This document shows positions 49,275 to 63,302 of a DNA stretch of 64,000 nt, piece after piece (the first letter of the stretch is position 1; each line of letters begins with the position of its first letter). This DNA comes from Sarea resinae (Eukaryota): contig JAPEUD010000052.1 of assembly GCA_026026165.1 (NCBI GenBank), positions 62,001 through 126,000 of the forward strand, given 5' to 3'. The notes beneath the pieces were generated by a model, which ran no database searches, was not told the origin of the DNA, and saw nothing but the letters and a program-made list of their open reading frames with translations. The translations under genes were made by a program, and so were the position numbers.

Positions 49275-49795
49275 TCATTCCTGCATTGCGTCCTCATCGG
49301 GCACCTCAAAGTCCTCGTCATCGTCTTCATCGTCCTCCAGGTCGTCGCCGGCTTCTTCGGCCGCCTTGGCGAAATCAATCGTCTTGCCGCGCGTGCGTCC
49401 ACCGGAGACGATGTTGCTCGTGTTGATCTCGCTCATATCGTCGTCGCCCTCATCTTCGGCTGCGGGGTCTTAGTTAATAGGCAAGAGATAAGAGGATGGC
49501 GGAGCTTACCAGCTTCAACGGCCTGAAAGGTAGAAGTGTTAGCGCATTGCCATTGGTAAGGTGAGGAGGCCGTCTTCGTCAAGATGGGAGATCGGGTTTC
49601 TGCACATACGTTGTCTTCTGGTCCAGATTCTTCTTCAGAGCTTTCCTCGTCCTCGCCCATGCTGAGGTCGTGAGGGGCAGGGTCCACCGCCTTGCCTTTG
49701 CCTTTGATGTCCGTGACAGGAGTGGCAGTGGCGGCAGTATTGGTGCCGTTGCCGCTCACGGTCGACGAGCCGTTCTGTTGTTGTTGATCACTCAT
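49275..49795 (-). CDS. CHZ1: Histone H2A.Z chaperone Chz1 (3 exons)
   Basis: Acidic protein with KGKGKA and the CHZ motif DDMSEINTSNIVSGGRTRGKTIDFAKAAEE. Confidence 0.88.
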
Positions 49796-50544
49796 GCTGA
49801 CGGGCAATGGGCGACGAGGAAGTGATATTTTTGGTGGAAGAGACGGGATGAAGGCAAGATGGAGAGAAGTTGGTCGAGTAGAAGAGTATGTGGACAGTGC
49901 TTGTGGATGTAAGGGACGATGGTAACAGTGAAGATGAAGGTCCGAATCCTCAAGTCAGTTCATGAGTTCGCTCAGTCTTGGTTTGGCTTCAGTCGCTAAA
50001 TCCGTTTCGCGCGTGCGGGCGCCGGCGTGCAGCATTTCGCGTTCGGCTCACGGCGAGCAGCTGCAACTTTCTATTCACTGATGGCAACTACCAGCGCGAT
50101 CTTGAGTCATTCACGTTTAACCAACAACTCCCAGAATTTCAGTTGCGATGGAATTGGTCGCCATGAGTAATTCCTGGAATCAAATGGATCTAAAAGCTCT
50201 TCTTGAGCGAGCATTACAGTATGCCGGCAGATGAGGCTCTTTTCGAGCCTCGACAACCTCGAATCCACCAGAGTTTTGAGGCAATGAGATCAGAGTCGAG
50301 GCAGACTGCGTTGGTTGACCATATACTCCAGCTCTGCTTGACGGCCAAAAGACACCCTCCGTAACCCGGCTCTAGTCACCCTCAAGGGTTGAATCCTGGA
50401 CAAGCAAAACACAGGAATTTCGATAGACAAATCGAATGCCGAAGCAATGCCATATGACATTGATCATCCGAGCGATAGACTGATGCACGTTTCCCTCAGA
50501 CGATGCACAAACGCCAGCAGAACGCCGCCAATTCCACCAGACTC

Positions 50545-51123
50545 CTACTCCACAGCATCGGGATCTTCACTGAAGGCCCCGAGCACAGGCTCTGTTCGCG
50601 CTTCCCACACATCCTCACTGCTCGGCCCAACCTTGTACTTGACCGCCCTCTGCCTGTAGTGCTCCTGTATCATGACCTTCTTCTTCTCCTCGGGTTGGCT
50701 CTTGGTCCGCATGCAAAACCAGAATTGGCTCCACAGCTCGGAACATGGCCGTATGTTGCCATATCTGTAGAGATTCATGAATTGCCCGCCGGGGGACTGA
50801 CAGTAGAATGCTTGGTCGAAGGCTTGCCGGCAAGACATCTCCGTAGGGTAGAGGGAGTCGGCGTTGATGGAGGTCGCGGCAGATGGGGTCGGATCGGATC
50901 CGTCAGTGCGAGAGGTGCGCGTCGTAGAGTGCTCAGTCGATTCGGAACCAAGCTGGGAGATAAAGGCTCTGAATTCAGCTTCGGCTTGCTCTTCGCGGTC
51001 GGGCGTTCGAGGAGACGGGTTGGTTTGTGGTATTGACGGCGTCGATTCGGGCGCATGGAGAGAGTCCTTCAACGGCTGGATTTCTGGAGCCGCGGCTGGC
51101 GAAGAGCTCCACCACCAACCCAT
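50545..51123 (-). CDS. EMI1: Emi1 (early meiotic induction 1)-like twin-Cys protein
   Basis: MGWWW N-terminus; YPTEMSCRQAFDQAFYCQSPGGQFMNLYRYG...CSELWSQFWFCMR...GPSSEDVW. Confidence 0.9.
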   Translation of the reverse strand: MGWWWSSSPAAAPEIQPLKDSLHAPESTPSIPQTNPSPRTPDREEQAEAEFRAFISQLGSESTEHSTTRTSRTDGSDPTPSAATSINADSLYPTEMSCRQAFDQAFYCQSPGGQFMNLYRYGNIRPCSELWSQFWFCMRTKSQPEEKKKVMIQEHYRQRAVKYKVGPSSEDVWEARTEPVLGAFSEDPDAVE

Positions 51124-51520
51124 GATTGCTTGCGCACCGACCGAAGCCTCTTGAATCGATCAAGTGAGAGTAATGATTGCTGTTCGAGCTGTCAATTGTC
51201 AATTGTCAATTGTCGACTTTGGGGACAGAGACTGGAGACAACGGAGACTGGAGCTTCCATGCAGCTCGAGGTACGACGGCAGGTAGCGGCAGAAATAAAC
51301 CGGCGCATGGTTGTTCCCTTCCGTCGTTCCCCGGCTCGCGTCGACCGAGGGCAAGACGTCATTCATTGGCCAGACCGGGAGAGAAACAGGTTGCCATCAC
51401 CAGCTTCTCTCCTGCCCTCATCAACGCATCGAAAGTGCGGAATGGAGCCACTGCTGTTCGGATGCCTCTTGAAAAATGCTATCTTATAAGGTCTAGTCAT
51501 CATTCGAAAGTGGGAGCAGA

Positions 51521-54283
51521 ATGAGCAATCTCGCAAGTGGCTTATGGCGACGGCCTGCTTTGCAGGCACGCGTTGGCCGTGGCAGCCACGATTTCTTTAT
51601 CTCAAATAATTTCAGGTCACGCGTTGATCTTGGGAAGACTTACGCGCCAATACGATCGGCGACCTTTGAAGCCGGCGAGAACAACACCGGGCATATCAGT
51701 GCTGGCGCAAATGAAGGGATCATCTTTGTTGATAGTGAGTGATTCGAGCTCCAAGAGGCCGAAGATGAAAAGGTACTGACCTGGATAGACGTCTTTCCTC
51801 TAAAGTTGCAATGGCTCCTACGATTACCTTGGAATACCAGCAAGTCCATTCCAGATCTCATGAGGCGTTTGCGCAGTCCTAGACTCGGTTCCGCAGATCC
51901 GATCAGCATCATCAAACGCGCAATCCCGGCAGAGATTCCCCTCACGATTTCAGAAGTGCTGCCACGTTTGAAAGAGGGTGGAGCATTTGTGAAATTCTCC
52001 CATCCCCAAGGAGTGAGTAGCGCTGAGCTAGAGGGCACAATTGCGGAATATCTCAAGAAAAACCCTGTCAAGCCATGGTTCAACCCCTTTCGACGGGTAC
52101 GAGCATCACTGGTGCGCGGACAGCCTTGGGTCGAAGATCTGAATCGCTTCCCCAGTACCAGACTGAAGGTTGAATTCTTGCCTGCGAACGCAGGCGCAGA
52201 AGCAGCGGAACTGTCTCAGGAACGATTGTATAGCCTCTTCCGGCCCTTCGGAAAGCTAGCAGATATTACTGCTCAGCCAGCCGATTCGAAGGTCCTGCCG
52301 AAGTTTGCCTATCTTAATTTTATCAGGGCGAGACAGGCCATCATGGCAAAAAATTGTATGCATGGCTTGAAAATACTGGAGGCCGAAGGAGGAGGCAAGG
52401 GAGGCACAGTCCTCAGGCTTGGTTACGAGCAAAAAGCCAAAGCACACTATATAAAGGGCTGGCTTCTGAACCACCCCAGAATTGTCATACCTGCTTTGGC
52501 TGCTCTGATTGCCACGATCACCGTCGCGGTCTTTGACCCGTAAAGTCTTCCATCTCATTTTGAGCAAGGGTGAAGCTTACAAGTCACAGTATCCGAACCT
52601 TTTTCATCAAAGCTCACGTTACTCATGCCTTTCAGGTTACTGATAGTAAAATATATCGGTGGTTCAAGGCTCAGGCAGATGATATCCTTACGTTCCGGCA
52701 CAAGGAAACCGACGACCGTGGTCTCCAAGCCATCTGGGAGGATCGCAAGGATAGCATTGAGCAAATTCAGACGTGGCTTATGGAAACAGCGGATACGTTT
52801 ATTGTGATTCAAGGACCACGAGGCTCCGGAAAGCGCGAGCTGGTCCTTGATCAGGCTCTCAAGAACAAGAAACACAAACTGGTCATTGATTGCAAGCCTA
52901 TCCAAGAGGCGCGCGGTGATAGCTCGACCATAGATGCTGCGGCCCGAGAAGTCGGATACAAGCCAGTGTTTTCATGGATGAATAGTATCAGCGGCCTGAT
53001 CGATCTTGCGGCTCAAGGCACGATAGGGACGAAGACTGGCTTTTCCGAAACCCTTGATACTCAACTAGCTAAAATATGGCAAAACACCGCAACGGCCTTG
53101 AAACAGATTGCTCTTGAGGGGCGCAAAAAGGACGACAAAGATGCTCATCTAAGTGACGATGAGTATCTCGAAGCTCATCCCGAACGAAGGCCAGTCGTGG
53201 TCATCGACAATTTCCTCCATAAGAGCCAAGAAAGCACAATCGTCTACGATAAGATTTCGGAATGGTCTGTACCCACCTCTTCCGAAATTATTTCGTACTA
53301 AATTCTCTCAGGGCTGCTGCTGTCAATACTGCGAACGTCGCACACGTGATTTTCTTGACAAACGATGTTTCCTTCTCAAAATCTCTGAGCAAGGCACTTC
53401 CTGACCGTGTCTTCCGTCAAATCTCCCTCGGAGATTGTACACCAGAAGTTGCGAAGCGTTTCGTGATTACTCACCTCGATGCAGATGCGGATGAAGATGA
53501 TGGTGGAGATAAAAAACTTACCCCTTCGCAAAGACGTGAGGATCTGGGCGAACTTGATAGCTGTATCGAGACGCTGGGAGGCCGTCTCACAGACCTAGAA
53601 TTCCTCGCGAGACGAATCAAAGCCGGTGAAACACCAGCAAGTATGTACTCCGATCTGATTTATATAGGCTATACTTATACCATTATAGAAGCAGTGCGTG
53701 AGATTGTCGAGCAGAGCGCCTCCGAGATTCTGAAGATGTACCTCTTTGGCATGGAAGATGCGCAACGACAATGGTCGTCCGAGCAAGCATGGCTCCTGAT
53801 CAAAGAGCTGGCCAAGCACGAAACGGTAAGTCGAGCATTTTCAAACCCTACATGTGCTGACTTGTGAAGCTTCGCTACAACGAGATTCTCCTTTCGGACG
53901 CCTACAAATCTGGCGGCGAGCCCCCCCTTCAGGCCCTTGAGCAAGCCGAGCTGATCTCGATCGTCTCATCCAACGGACGTCCATTCTCCATAAAGCCCGG
54001 CAAACCAGTCTACCAAGCGGCCTTCAAGCTACTCACAGATGATCGCGTGCTTGGTTCGCGCTTGAATCTGGCAGTTCTAACGCAGTCAATCAAGATTGAG
54101 ACAGCGAGCATCGAAAAGTACGAAGCCGAATTGATTTCTTTAGGTCAACTGCCCAAGCAGCCGAGTGAATTGACATCACGGGTTCAGTGGCTGCTAGGCA
54201 AGGTGCAGACTTGTCAGAGTAAGGTTGAGAAGTACGAGCAGGAGAGTGCGGCTTTGAAGAAGATCCTGCAGGCGGAGTATTAG
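51521..54283 (+). CDS. YME2: Mitochondrial escape protein Yme2/Rna12 (RRM, TM and P-loop domains; 6 exons)
   Basis: PRLKEGGAFVKF, LVRGQPWVEDLNRFPS, HPRIVIP, FIVIQGPRGSGKRELV, RPVVVIDNFLHK and LGGRLTDLEFLARRIKAGETP. Confidence 0.95.
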
Positions 54284-55306
54284 CCTTCTAGCAATTAGGT
54301 CGACGAGAGCTTGTCGCATGAAGGTGTGAAAATGCTCAGGACTCCTCCATCAGTATACCCATCCACAATCTTCGATTATTTCTCTGTCATGATATATGTA
54401 TCGATGCTCTACGACCTGTGTATTAGCACGCCGACCTCTTTGTGGCAGTCTTGCTATAGGTGAAGTCCATCTACAAAGGTTTAGGGGCTGTACGTGTTCC
54501 GTAAGGGGAGATCGGATCTTAAAAGATCATGTCTCACGTTCATAACTTGACCTTTCTCCCCCATATGCTTACACTTCTCTCTCTCTTTCAATCCCATCAA
54601 CGATACTCATGTTCTTTGGCTCTTGAGTCCAAATTGGCTATGCTTCCTAGTAGTCTCACACCCTCGCCATTAACACCTTCTGTACGCAACTTGAACACTC
54701 CGTCTCTGTGCAATAGCAGCTTTGCCTTTCTTTGCCACACTCATCTCGGGCTCTCGACAACTCTTACCACCTTTTACTACACTATCAGCTATCATTTCTG
54801 GCACCCCAATACTCTTACACTCTTAGTATAATCTCTCGTATCACTCACTCTCGGCTCATCGTCACTCAGAGCACGCCCATCATTGCCACTTCACTTGCGC
54901 AGATAGCACGTCGAGACCGACATGACTTCTTCTATTTAATCGGACCAGTCTCTTTCTTCCCTCTCTTCTACTTTCACATCATCTCTCGGTCTCACATCTA
55001 AAATAGCTGGCAGTCCAGCTCAGCCTCCCTGGACGAGAGCCGTCCATATTCGGTATCTATCTATCTATCGAATCACCATCGTATCCCAGGTGGGTTAGAG
55101 CTCGTAAGCATAATCGTTGGCGCGGTAATTCATTCTGTCTCTCTTCCGATGTCTCTAACCAGCTCATCCAGTGACAACTCACTCGGTCACGGCAAATGGT
55201 ACGCAAGAGATTTTACTCACTGTGAAGGAAAATAGTAAGTCTGAACAACATCTTCCCTAACCAACCACCATGCAGTAGCCACTGACCATTTGCTTCCCAT
55301 ATCCAG

Positions 55307-55852
55307 ATGGCGTCCACTGGTCCCGCGCCTTCAGGCCTCGCCAAACTTCCCCCAGAAATCCTCCTGAACGTAACGAGCTATCTCAGCTTCGCGGACCAGC
55401 TGGACCTGAGACTTTCCTCTCCGGATGTCGCAAGCGCCATGCTTCCCCTCCCAGTACCTTCGAAGGAAGATTGGCTCGATCACCTCTTTAAACTCGAACG
55501 CGCCCAGTGGCCCTCGCACGCCAGTGGCCGCCCCAAGTTAGTCTGCGGTGACTGCGCCAAGCTGCTCCCCCGCGATGCCTTCTCAGATAACCAACGATGG
55601 GACAGTCGCTCCAATTGCCGGTTCTGCATCAGGTGCGGGGTGTGGAAACGGCGGATCTATCGCGGAAAGAAGACTTTCAATAATCTGAGGAGGAAATGCT
55701 TTGCGTGCCCTGCTTGCTTTCGTGCGGTCCCGTTGGAGAATCGTTATGAAGTGCATGGGCTTCGTCGGGGGAAACGGTTTTGTGGGAGCTGTGGGGAAAA
55801 AGCCAAGAAATGGTTGGATGACTCCGAACTCTGGGATTCAAGGTTGCCTTGA
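55307..55852 (+). CDS. F-box protein with Cys-rich (CxxC x4) C-terminal domain
   Basis: LAKLPPEILLNVTSYLSFADQLDLRLSS (F-box); CGDC...AFSDNQ...RFCIRCG...CPAC...CGSC. Confidence 0.75.
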   Translation: MASTGPAPSGLAKLPPEILLNVTSYLSFADQLDLRLSSPDVASAMLPLPVPSKEDWLDHLFKLERAQWPSHASGRPKLVCGDCAKLLPRDAFSDNQRWDSRSNCRFCIRCGVWKRRIYRGKKTFNNLRRKCFACPACFRAVPLENRYEVHGLRRGKRFCGSCGEKAKKWLDDSELWDSRLP

Positions 55853-56099
55853 GCGCAAAGGAGGAGCTCGTCATGAGACTATGCCGTCTTTCTCTTTTCT
55901 ATTCTTCTCGGTCACTTTTCCCGGTTTTTACCCTCCCGCGTTGTCTTCCGTGGAGCTCTTTCTTAATGGTTCTGAACGTCTCGTCTATTCTCTCTGTTCA
56001 TCGCTAGATTTCCCGGGCAGGGAGATCAAAGGAGAGGATGACGAGAGGAAACGATGACAAGAAACGGCACTGATAAACTAAACGCCAACAAGCGCATCG

Positions 56100-56318
56100 A
56101 AACCCCTCAGCACCCTCACTACCCTCAGCACCCCCAGTACCCTCAACACCCTTAACATTCACACAGACAACACGTAACAAAATGCCCAAGCCGTCCACTG
56201 AGATCACGACCGCACAAAAACCAACTCAAACGGCCTCGAGTCCCGCGGTCTATCTATTTATCTATCTGTCTTACGCTCGCGACATGGACGGCACCTCCTC
56301 CTTCTTCTTCTTCTTCTT

Positions 56319-56351
<33 letters not shown>

Positions 56352-57000
56352 AGGTGATCAGTTGAATACTCGATCATTCTATCATTCTGTCTTTTTATTT
56401 ATTCATTCTTTTATTCATCTTGTCATCCTGCCTTTTATTCTGTCTTTCATGTATTCATTTATTCATTTTTCCATTCATTCATTCGGTGTGCTCTAGTCCG
56501 GTTTAGTCCAGCTTAGTCCAGTCTAGCCCAATTCAATTCAAATACTTCACATTCAGGTCCCTGGGGTTCTATCGATCCAGTCTAGCTGGCAATAAGGCCT
56601 AAAACAGATCGAGAACTAAAAACCACCAACATTATCATCAACATCAAGAGGAAGTTCAAAGTCAAGATGAGAGTCACGGTCAAGACAAGCAAGGCAAGCA
56701 GGTAGGTAGATAGCTACCTAGCTAGATGAAGAAATCCGAGCATCTACTACCTACCTTACTCTATTACTCTACGACGATGGTGTTTCTTTCTCCTTATCTT
56801 GTTGCTCTACATATCGCCCTCCATATCACTCACCCACCATCATCATCATCATCATCATCATCATCACCATCATCGTCATCGTCATCAGATAGAAGCCAAA
56901 ACAAAAAGCGAAAAAAAAAAAGCCCTCGACGCCCTCCCTCCCACAACCAAATCAGTGAACCCCAAAACCCCGAATGAAACCAGAAGAAGATAGACGATGA
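56100..57000. repeat. Mixed microsatellite zone between the convergent F-box and CLPX genes
   Basis: (TTC) about 16 copies at 56301-56348, (ATTC)n, (TAGTCCAGC-like)n, (CAT)n at about 56838-56886 and (ACCCTCAGC-like)n. Confidence 0.9.
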
Positions 57001-57030
57001 AGAATACGAAGGGGAAAGCAGGCATCCACC

Positions 57031-59052
57031 TTACGCAAAGCCAGCAGCCCTATCCTTCTCGCGATACTGTTCAAAACTGCCCACTTTCCCCTCCTCGCTT
57101 GCGCGCTGCTCGTCCTCGTTCCGCTGACGGCGGGCCTCCCACTCCTCCTCCTCGGCGGCGATCATGGCGTGGAATTTATGCTGCTGGCCGCGAGCGAGGT
57201 AGATGGGTGCTTGGGACCTCTGCGCCACGGCTTCGGTAATGAGGATGTGTTTGATCGAGGAGCCTGTTGCAGATGAAGCGTGTGAGCAGAAGATTGATAA
57301 GTGAATCAGGGGAGCAGTGACTCAAGGGGACGGGCCGTAGATATGCCGGAAAAGAGTGTATGTTAGTTAGGTCATGGTGCTTGTATACCTGGTGCTTCAA
57401 ACATGGCATCGCCAAGCAGCCTCTCCATCACAGTACGGAGCCCCCTCGCCCCCGTGCCCATGCCCAATGCCGCCTTCGCAACCTCCCTTAGCGCACCACT
57501 CGTAAATCGTAACTCTACGCCCGAGAGCTGGAAGAGCTGCTCGTATTGCTTCATCAAGCAGTTTCGGGGCTCGGTGAGGACGCGTACCAGGGCCTCTTCA
57601 TCGAGAGTGGAGAGCGCGGTGGTGATGGGGACACGACCCACGAGCTCGGGAATGAGGCCGTATTTCTGCAGATCCGTTGGCTCGAGGAGGTCGAGGAGGT
57701 TGTATTCTTTCTCGGCTTCGGTGCCGTCCTGTTCGTTGGAAGTAAAGAACGGGAGGAATTTATTGTAGAGCTCCGAGTCTGAGCCTTTCAAGGACATGGT
57801 GTTCTCCGCGTTAGAGGCTCGCACCGGCTGGCCAAAACCGATGCTCCCACGGGACACGCGGTCGAGGATGATTTTCTGAAGGCCGACAAAGGCGCCGGTG
57901 CAGATGAAGAGGATGTTGTCGGTGCGGACGGAGTAGACTTCGCCTTTACCTGGAGGGCCTCCGGAGCTGCCCATGCCGGGACCTCCCGCGGGCCCTGCGC
58001 CCATTCCTCCACCCAGTCCACTCCCTCCAAGAGGGCCATTCGCAGGGAACCCACCCCCGGCGCTGCCAGCAGGGCTACTGCCAGCTGGGGATTTCCCACC
58101 GGCGCCTTTTTCATTCTTAGCTTGGACCTGCAGCGTCGTGCCCTCGATGATCTTTAACAGAGCTTGCTGTACTCCTTCACCGCTCACGTCTTTGCCATGC
58201 GAGACCTTGGCGGTCGCAATCTTGTCTATCTCGTCTAAACAGATGATGCCTCGCTCTGCACGAGCGACATCGTAATTAGCGGCCGCGAGAAGGCGTTGGA
58301 CGCAGACCTCGGCATCTTCGCCAATGTAGCCGGCTTGTGTGAAGGGCGTGCAATCGGACATGCTAAAAGGGACTTCGAGGACGCGGGCTAGGGTTTTGGC
58401 CATGAGGGTTTTACCGACGCCGGACGGGCCAAGCATCATGATGTTTGACTTCTCAATGGTGAGAGGGGTGTAGTCAGCGAGCGGGGCGGAACCCAGGCGG
58501 GCATCACGCTGAGTTTGCTGAAGGGGATCCGCCTGGTTGACGGTGGATGGCTGGCCGGGATATTCATCTAGCCATCGTGAGCTTTCAATTGTTGAATAGT
58601 ATCGTCGAATTATCACCTTCCACTGGATGACGCTCCGACATCCTCACTCGTGCCCGCTGCTCTGCCAACTCTTCGTCCTCCTCATCCCGCCTTTGGAGCT
58701 CTTGAACCCGTTGATAGTGGTTGTATACGGCTACACTCAGCACCCTCTTCGCTCTCTCTTGGCCAACAACAAAGGAATCAAGATGCTGCTTGAGCACCTT
58801 CGGAGTTAACCGGGGAGCCCCGAATATTGAAGCTTCCCCTAGAGGTCCTGAAGTGGGCAATCCAGTCTCATACACGCCCGTGAAGCCCTGACTTGAGAAG
58901 TCCGTTCGGGTGAAACGGGATGAGGACCATCGTGCCGCGGATGTCGTGTATGCACGGCTGATGCTGGACAGCGCTATGTACGAGAGGCGCGCTTGTGGGG
59001 AGACGGAGATCGAGATCGAGATGACGCTGGGGCCCATGAGGGCAACGGACAT
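57031..59052 (-). CDS. CLPX: Mitochondrial ClpX/Mcx1 AAA+ chaperone (3 exons)
   Basis: [77 protein letters not shown] and GTGARGLR. Confidence 0.96.
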
Positions 59053-60875
59053 GGATAGATTCAGACGCTTTCGTGAAGTGGCAACGGCAATCCAATTTTG
59101 GATGGAAAGCTTCTGATATAAATTGTAGCCTTACTTCTTGATGTGTCTGTGGCTGATGATGATGATTGTTGTTGACTGGACTCCTACTCTAGAGCTGGTC
59201 ATTATCAGCACAGAGACGCGGGGTGGCCTGGGGTCTCCGGCATCGGTCAGCAGTACAAGCAACTACATACGAGCACAATGGGTTTCCCTGATATGCCATG
59301 TATGCCAAAGTATATCAAAGCTCATCTACCTTGACGAGTGGGTGAAGATCGTCATCCCCAAATAAGGGTTGTTGACTACTCATCAGGCACGTCGAATGCT
59401 ATCAGGCACACGATTAGATTTACAGTATAGCTACGATATCATTTGGATGCAGGATCTGAAGAGAAGGCGCCTGGAGAGACGACAATTGTCCACACAATCA
59501 TTAGCGAATTACTACTCACGACCATGTTGAGTTAATCAAGTCAGAGTCCGGAAGGAAGACAGAGATAGCCCAAGACATTACTATCCTTTTATTTACGCAC
59601 GAACAACAGAGGAATATCCAGTGTAGAAATATGCCTCCAAGCTGTAATAGAGATGTCTCAACAATGCTGCTAAAACTGAAAGGCGTTCGATGTGTCAGGG
59701 CCAACATTCACTGCCACCACCTCACGGTCCAATAATGCAGGTAAGGCCATCCAAGCTTGCAGGAACAAACATTAATGAGACTTGTCATGCGCGGGATTCG
59801 ACCGGGCGCGGTCCTGAACAGGTAATCAAGATATTCCGGAGTACTTGTGATGCCTGGCCGGCAAAAAGCTCAGATCGCTCTGGCCGGAGCGATCCTACGA
59901 AAACCCCCTCTCTACTAGGGTTTCTCTCAATGCCGTAGTTGTTTGGCAGTAGCTGAAGGGATGCGGTTATCACTGGATTTATCAGGTCAGTCGGGCTTCC
60001 GGGATCAATGTATCTGAGATGCATTTTCATTTCCCATTTCACCCCTACCGCCTAAGCCAGACTAGCCTTCGTTGAAAGAGAGCATCTCATGGAATCTTAT
60101 ATGGTTCACGGCCTTAGTATTCATTGTTCAAGGGCGATGCACATATGGGATCAAGCAAGACTGACATTGTTGTCAAATACATATCCACATAGTATATCGT
60201 TGATATCTTGTCCCACTGTTATTGGAACGTATCGGTTTGCAAGGTAAACATTGCCAACTCAAGTAGGTGATAAATATCAAATGCGAATAGATTGCCATGA
60301 CCATGCCATCATCTGGGTCAAACACTCTGAGGCTCTGATGACATGCAAACTTTCCAGCGAATACCTTATCATTCCACTCATCGTAGATATAATGACTCGA
60401 AGTCGAGTATGGGATTCCATACCTACCTAGATAATTAGTACCGTGACATCGAAGATCGAAACCCCACGGGTTGAGGCGAGTGGCACTGGCCATGACGTCG
60501 GTTCGGCTACAGCAGGCGAAGAGCTCCAATGCCATCTCCCAATGATCGGGGGAACATGGCCCAAGTTACTGTTGCGGCCAACAGTGGGGATGATCAACCC
60601 CACCATCAATTGAATCCTTGGACTGACAGAGAAGAAAAACCCGAGATAGCAAGAGCCTTCAATCTGCATCACATCCTCCATCCGTCATTTTCGTTTGGAC
60701 TATCGTCGACCCTCTCTCGCAATCCTTGCCTCGACCGGACGTTGTGGTATGTTTTGACTTTGCTACTTTGTTTTGTGGAGACGACCCCAACTCCCAGAAC
60801 TCGAGTCGACCAAGACTGATGGACTCTGCGAAGTGACAGGATCCAATTCCGAAATTGCCAAAGACACAATTGGCC

Positions 60876-63302
60876 ATGGGCATAGATACTAGCATTGAAA
60901 TGCCTACGGACGGCACGGGTATATTCCCATTCTATACGAATAGGTCTTGGGGAGCTACTAATCAGCTGCAGGCGTCGTGCAACTCGATCCGTGGCTCTCG
61001 CCCTTCAAGGAATCTCTGAAAAGCAGATACAGCCATGCTCAGAAGTGGATTCAAGACCTCAATGAATCCGAAGGTGGATTGGAGGCGTTCAGTAGGGTAG
61101 GCTCGCTCTAGTATCGCTCCTCATGCCCAGGCTGACGTGGGAGCGCTTAGGGATTTGAGAAATTCGGCCTCAATGTGCTTGGGAATGGAGACATCACATA
61201 TCGCGAATGGGCTCCAAATGCGACCCAAGCCTATCTGATCGGAGACTTCAGTATATATTTCGGGTCCTTGCCTCGATATACCTTGAGCTAATGCTGTTTC
61301 AGATGGGTGGAATCGAGATTCGACACCGATGAAGAGAGATCCCTTCGGAGTCTGGGAATTGACTCTACCTCCCGTCAATGGCCAACCGGCCATTCCCCAC
61401 AACTCGAAGCTCAAGGTGAGATGCCGAATCGAACATCAAGGCTTTCCCAACTAATGGATCTCGCTAGATTTCGATGGTCCTACCTTCGGGTGAACGAATC
61501 GAGAGGCTTCCTGCTTGGATCACCAGAGTGACTCAAGACTTGACCGTCTCTCCTGCATACGATGCGGTCTTTTGGAATCCTCCCCAGAATGAAAGATACG
61601 TGTTCAAGAACAAGCGGCCAGCAAAGCCAGCTAGCGCTCGGATCTACGAAGCACATGTCGGCATTTCATCTCCGGATCTGAAAGTCGCGACTTACAAGGA
61701 GTTCACCAAGAACATACTTCCCCGGATCAAGCACCTTGGCTACAACACTATACAGCTTATGGCAATCATGGAACACGCATATTATGCAAGTTTCGGATAC
61801 CAGATCAACAGCTTCTTCGCTGCGAGTAGTCGCTACGGCTCGCCAGAAGATCTCAAGGAGCTGATTGATACCGCTCACGGTATGGGTATCACGGTGCTCC
61901 TGGATGTAGTACACAGCCACGCATCCAAAAACGTTCTCGACGGACTGAACGAGTTCGATGGCACTGACCACCTCTACTTCCATGGCGGGAAAAAGGGATC
62001 ACATGAGCTTTGGGATAGCAGACTGTTCAATTATGCAAATCATGAGGTGTTGAGATTTTTGTTGAGTAATCTGCGCTTCTGGATGGACGAATACCAGTTC
62101 GACGGGTTCAGATTTGACGGTGTGACGAGTATGCTATACAAACACCATGGTATTGGAACGTGAGTCCTCGCCTCTTCCAAACAATCGACCCTGTTGCTGA
62201 TTACTTTAGTGGATTCTCCGGTGGCTATCACGAGTATTTTGGCGAGAATGTCGACGAAGATGGTGTAGCCTACCTCATGCTTGCAAATGAGATGCTGCAC
62301 CAGCTTTACCCTGATGCAATCACAATTGCCGAAGATGTGTCGGGCATGCCAGCACTGTGTCTTCCGTTGAAGATAGGAGGTGTAGGTTTCGACTACAGAC
62401 TCGCGATGGCCATTCCAGACATGTATATCAAGTGGTTGAAAGAGAAGGAAGATGCGGAATGGGACATGGGGGCTCTATGCTTCACGTTGACCAATCGGCG
62501 GCATGGTGAAAAGACTGTCGCATACGCCGAAAGTCATGACCAAGCGTAAGTCAACTGAGCACGATCGAGCAACCTCACTGACAGCATTGCAGGCTGGTTG
62601 GCGACAAATCGCTGCTGATGTGGCTCTGTGATAAAGAGCTGTACACTCACATGTCTACCCTGACCGAATTCACCCCAGTCATTGAGCGTGGACTGAGTCT
62701 GCATAAGATGATCAGATTGATCACCCATGGTCTTGGAGGAGAAGGGTACCTGAATTTTGAGGGCAATGAATTCGGCCATCCAGAATGGCTGGATTTCCCG
62801 CGAGAAGGTAATGACAACAGCTTCTGGTATGCCCGGCGACAATTCAATCTAGCGGATGATCCTCTGCTCCGTTATAAGTTCCTCAACGAGTTCGATAGCA
62901 AGATGCAATGGACGGAAGAGAAATACGGCTGGCTTCATTCTCCACAAGCCTACGTCAGTCTGAAGCACGAAGGAGACAAGGTCATCGTCTTCGAGCGGGC
63001 TGGTCTTTTGTGGATCTTCAACTTCCACCCAACCCAGAGCTATGCCGACTACCGCGTTGGCGTCGAGCAAGCTGGCACGTACAAAATTGCTTTGAATACT
63101 GACAGTCCCGAGTATGGCGGGCTTGGAAGAATCGATCAGGGAACGCGGTGCTTCACGACTCCTTCCGAATGGAATGGGAGGAAGAACTACACTCAAGTTT
63201 ACATTCCCACAAGATCCGCAATCGTGAGTTGCACCGATCGCATCATCACCGTGTGAATGGCTACTGACTACTTCAATACCACAGGTGCTTGCCTTGGAGT
63301 AA
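60876..63302 (+). CDS. GLC3: 1,4-alpha-glucan (glycogen) branching enzyme, GH13 (8 exons)
   Basis: [58 protein letters not shown] and [22 protein letters not shown]; ends VLALE*. Confidence 0.97.
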
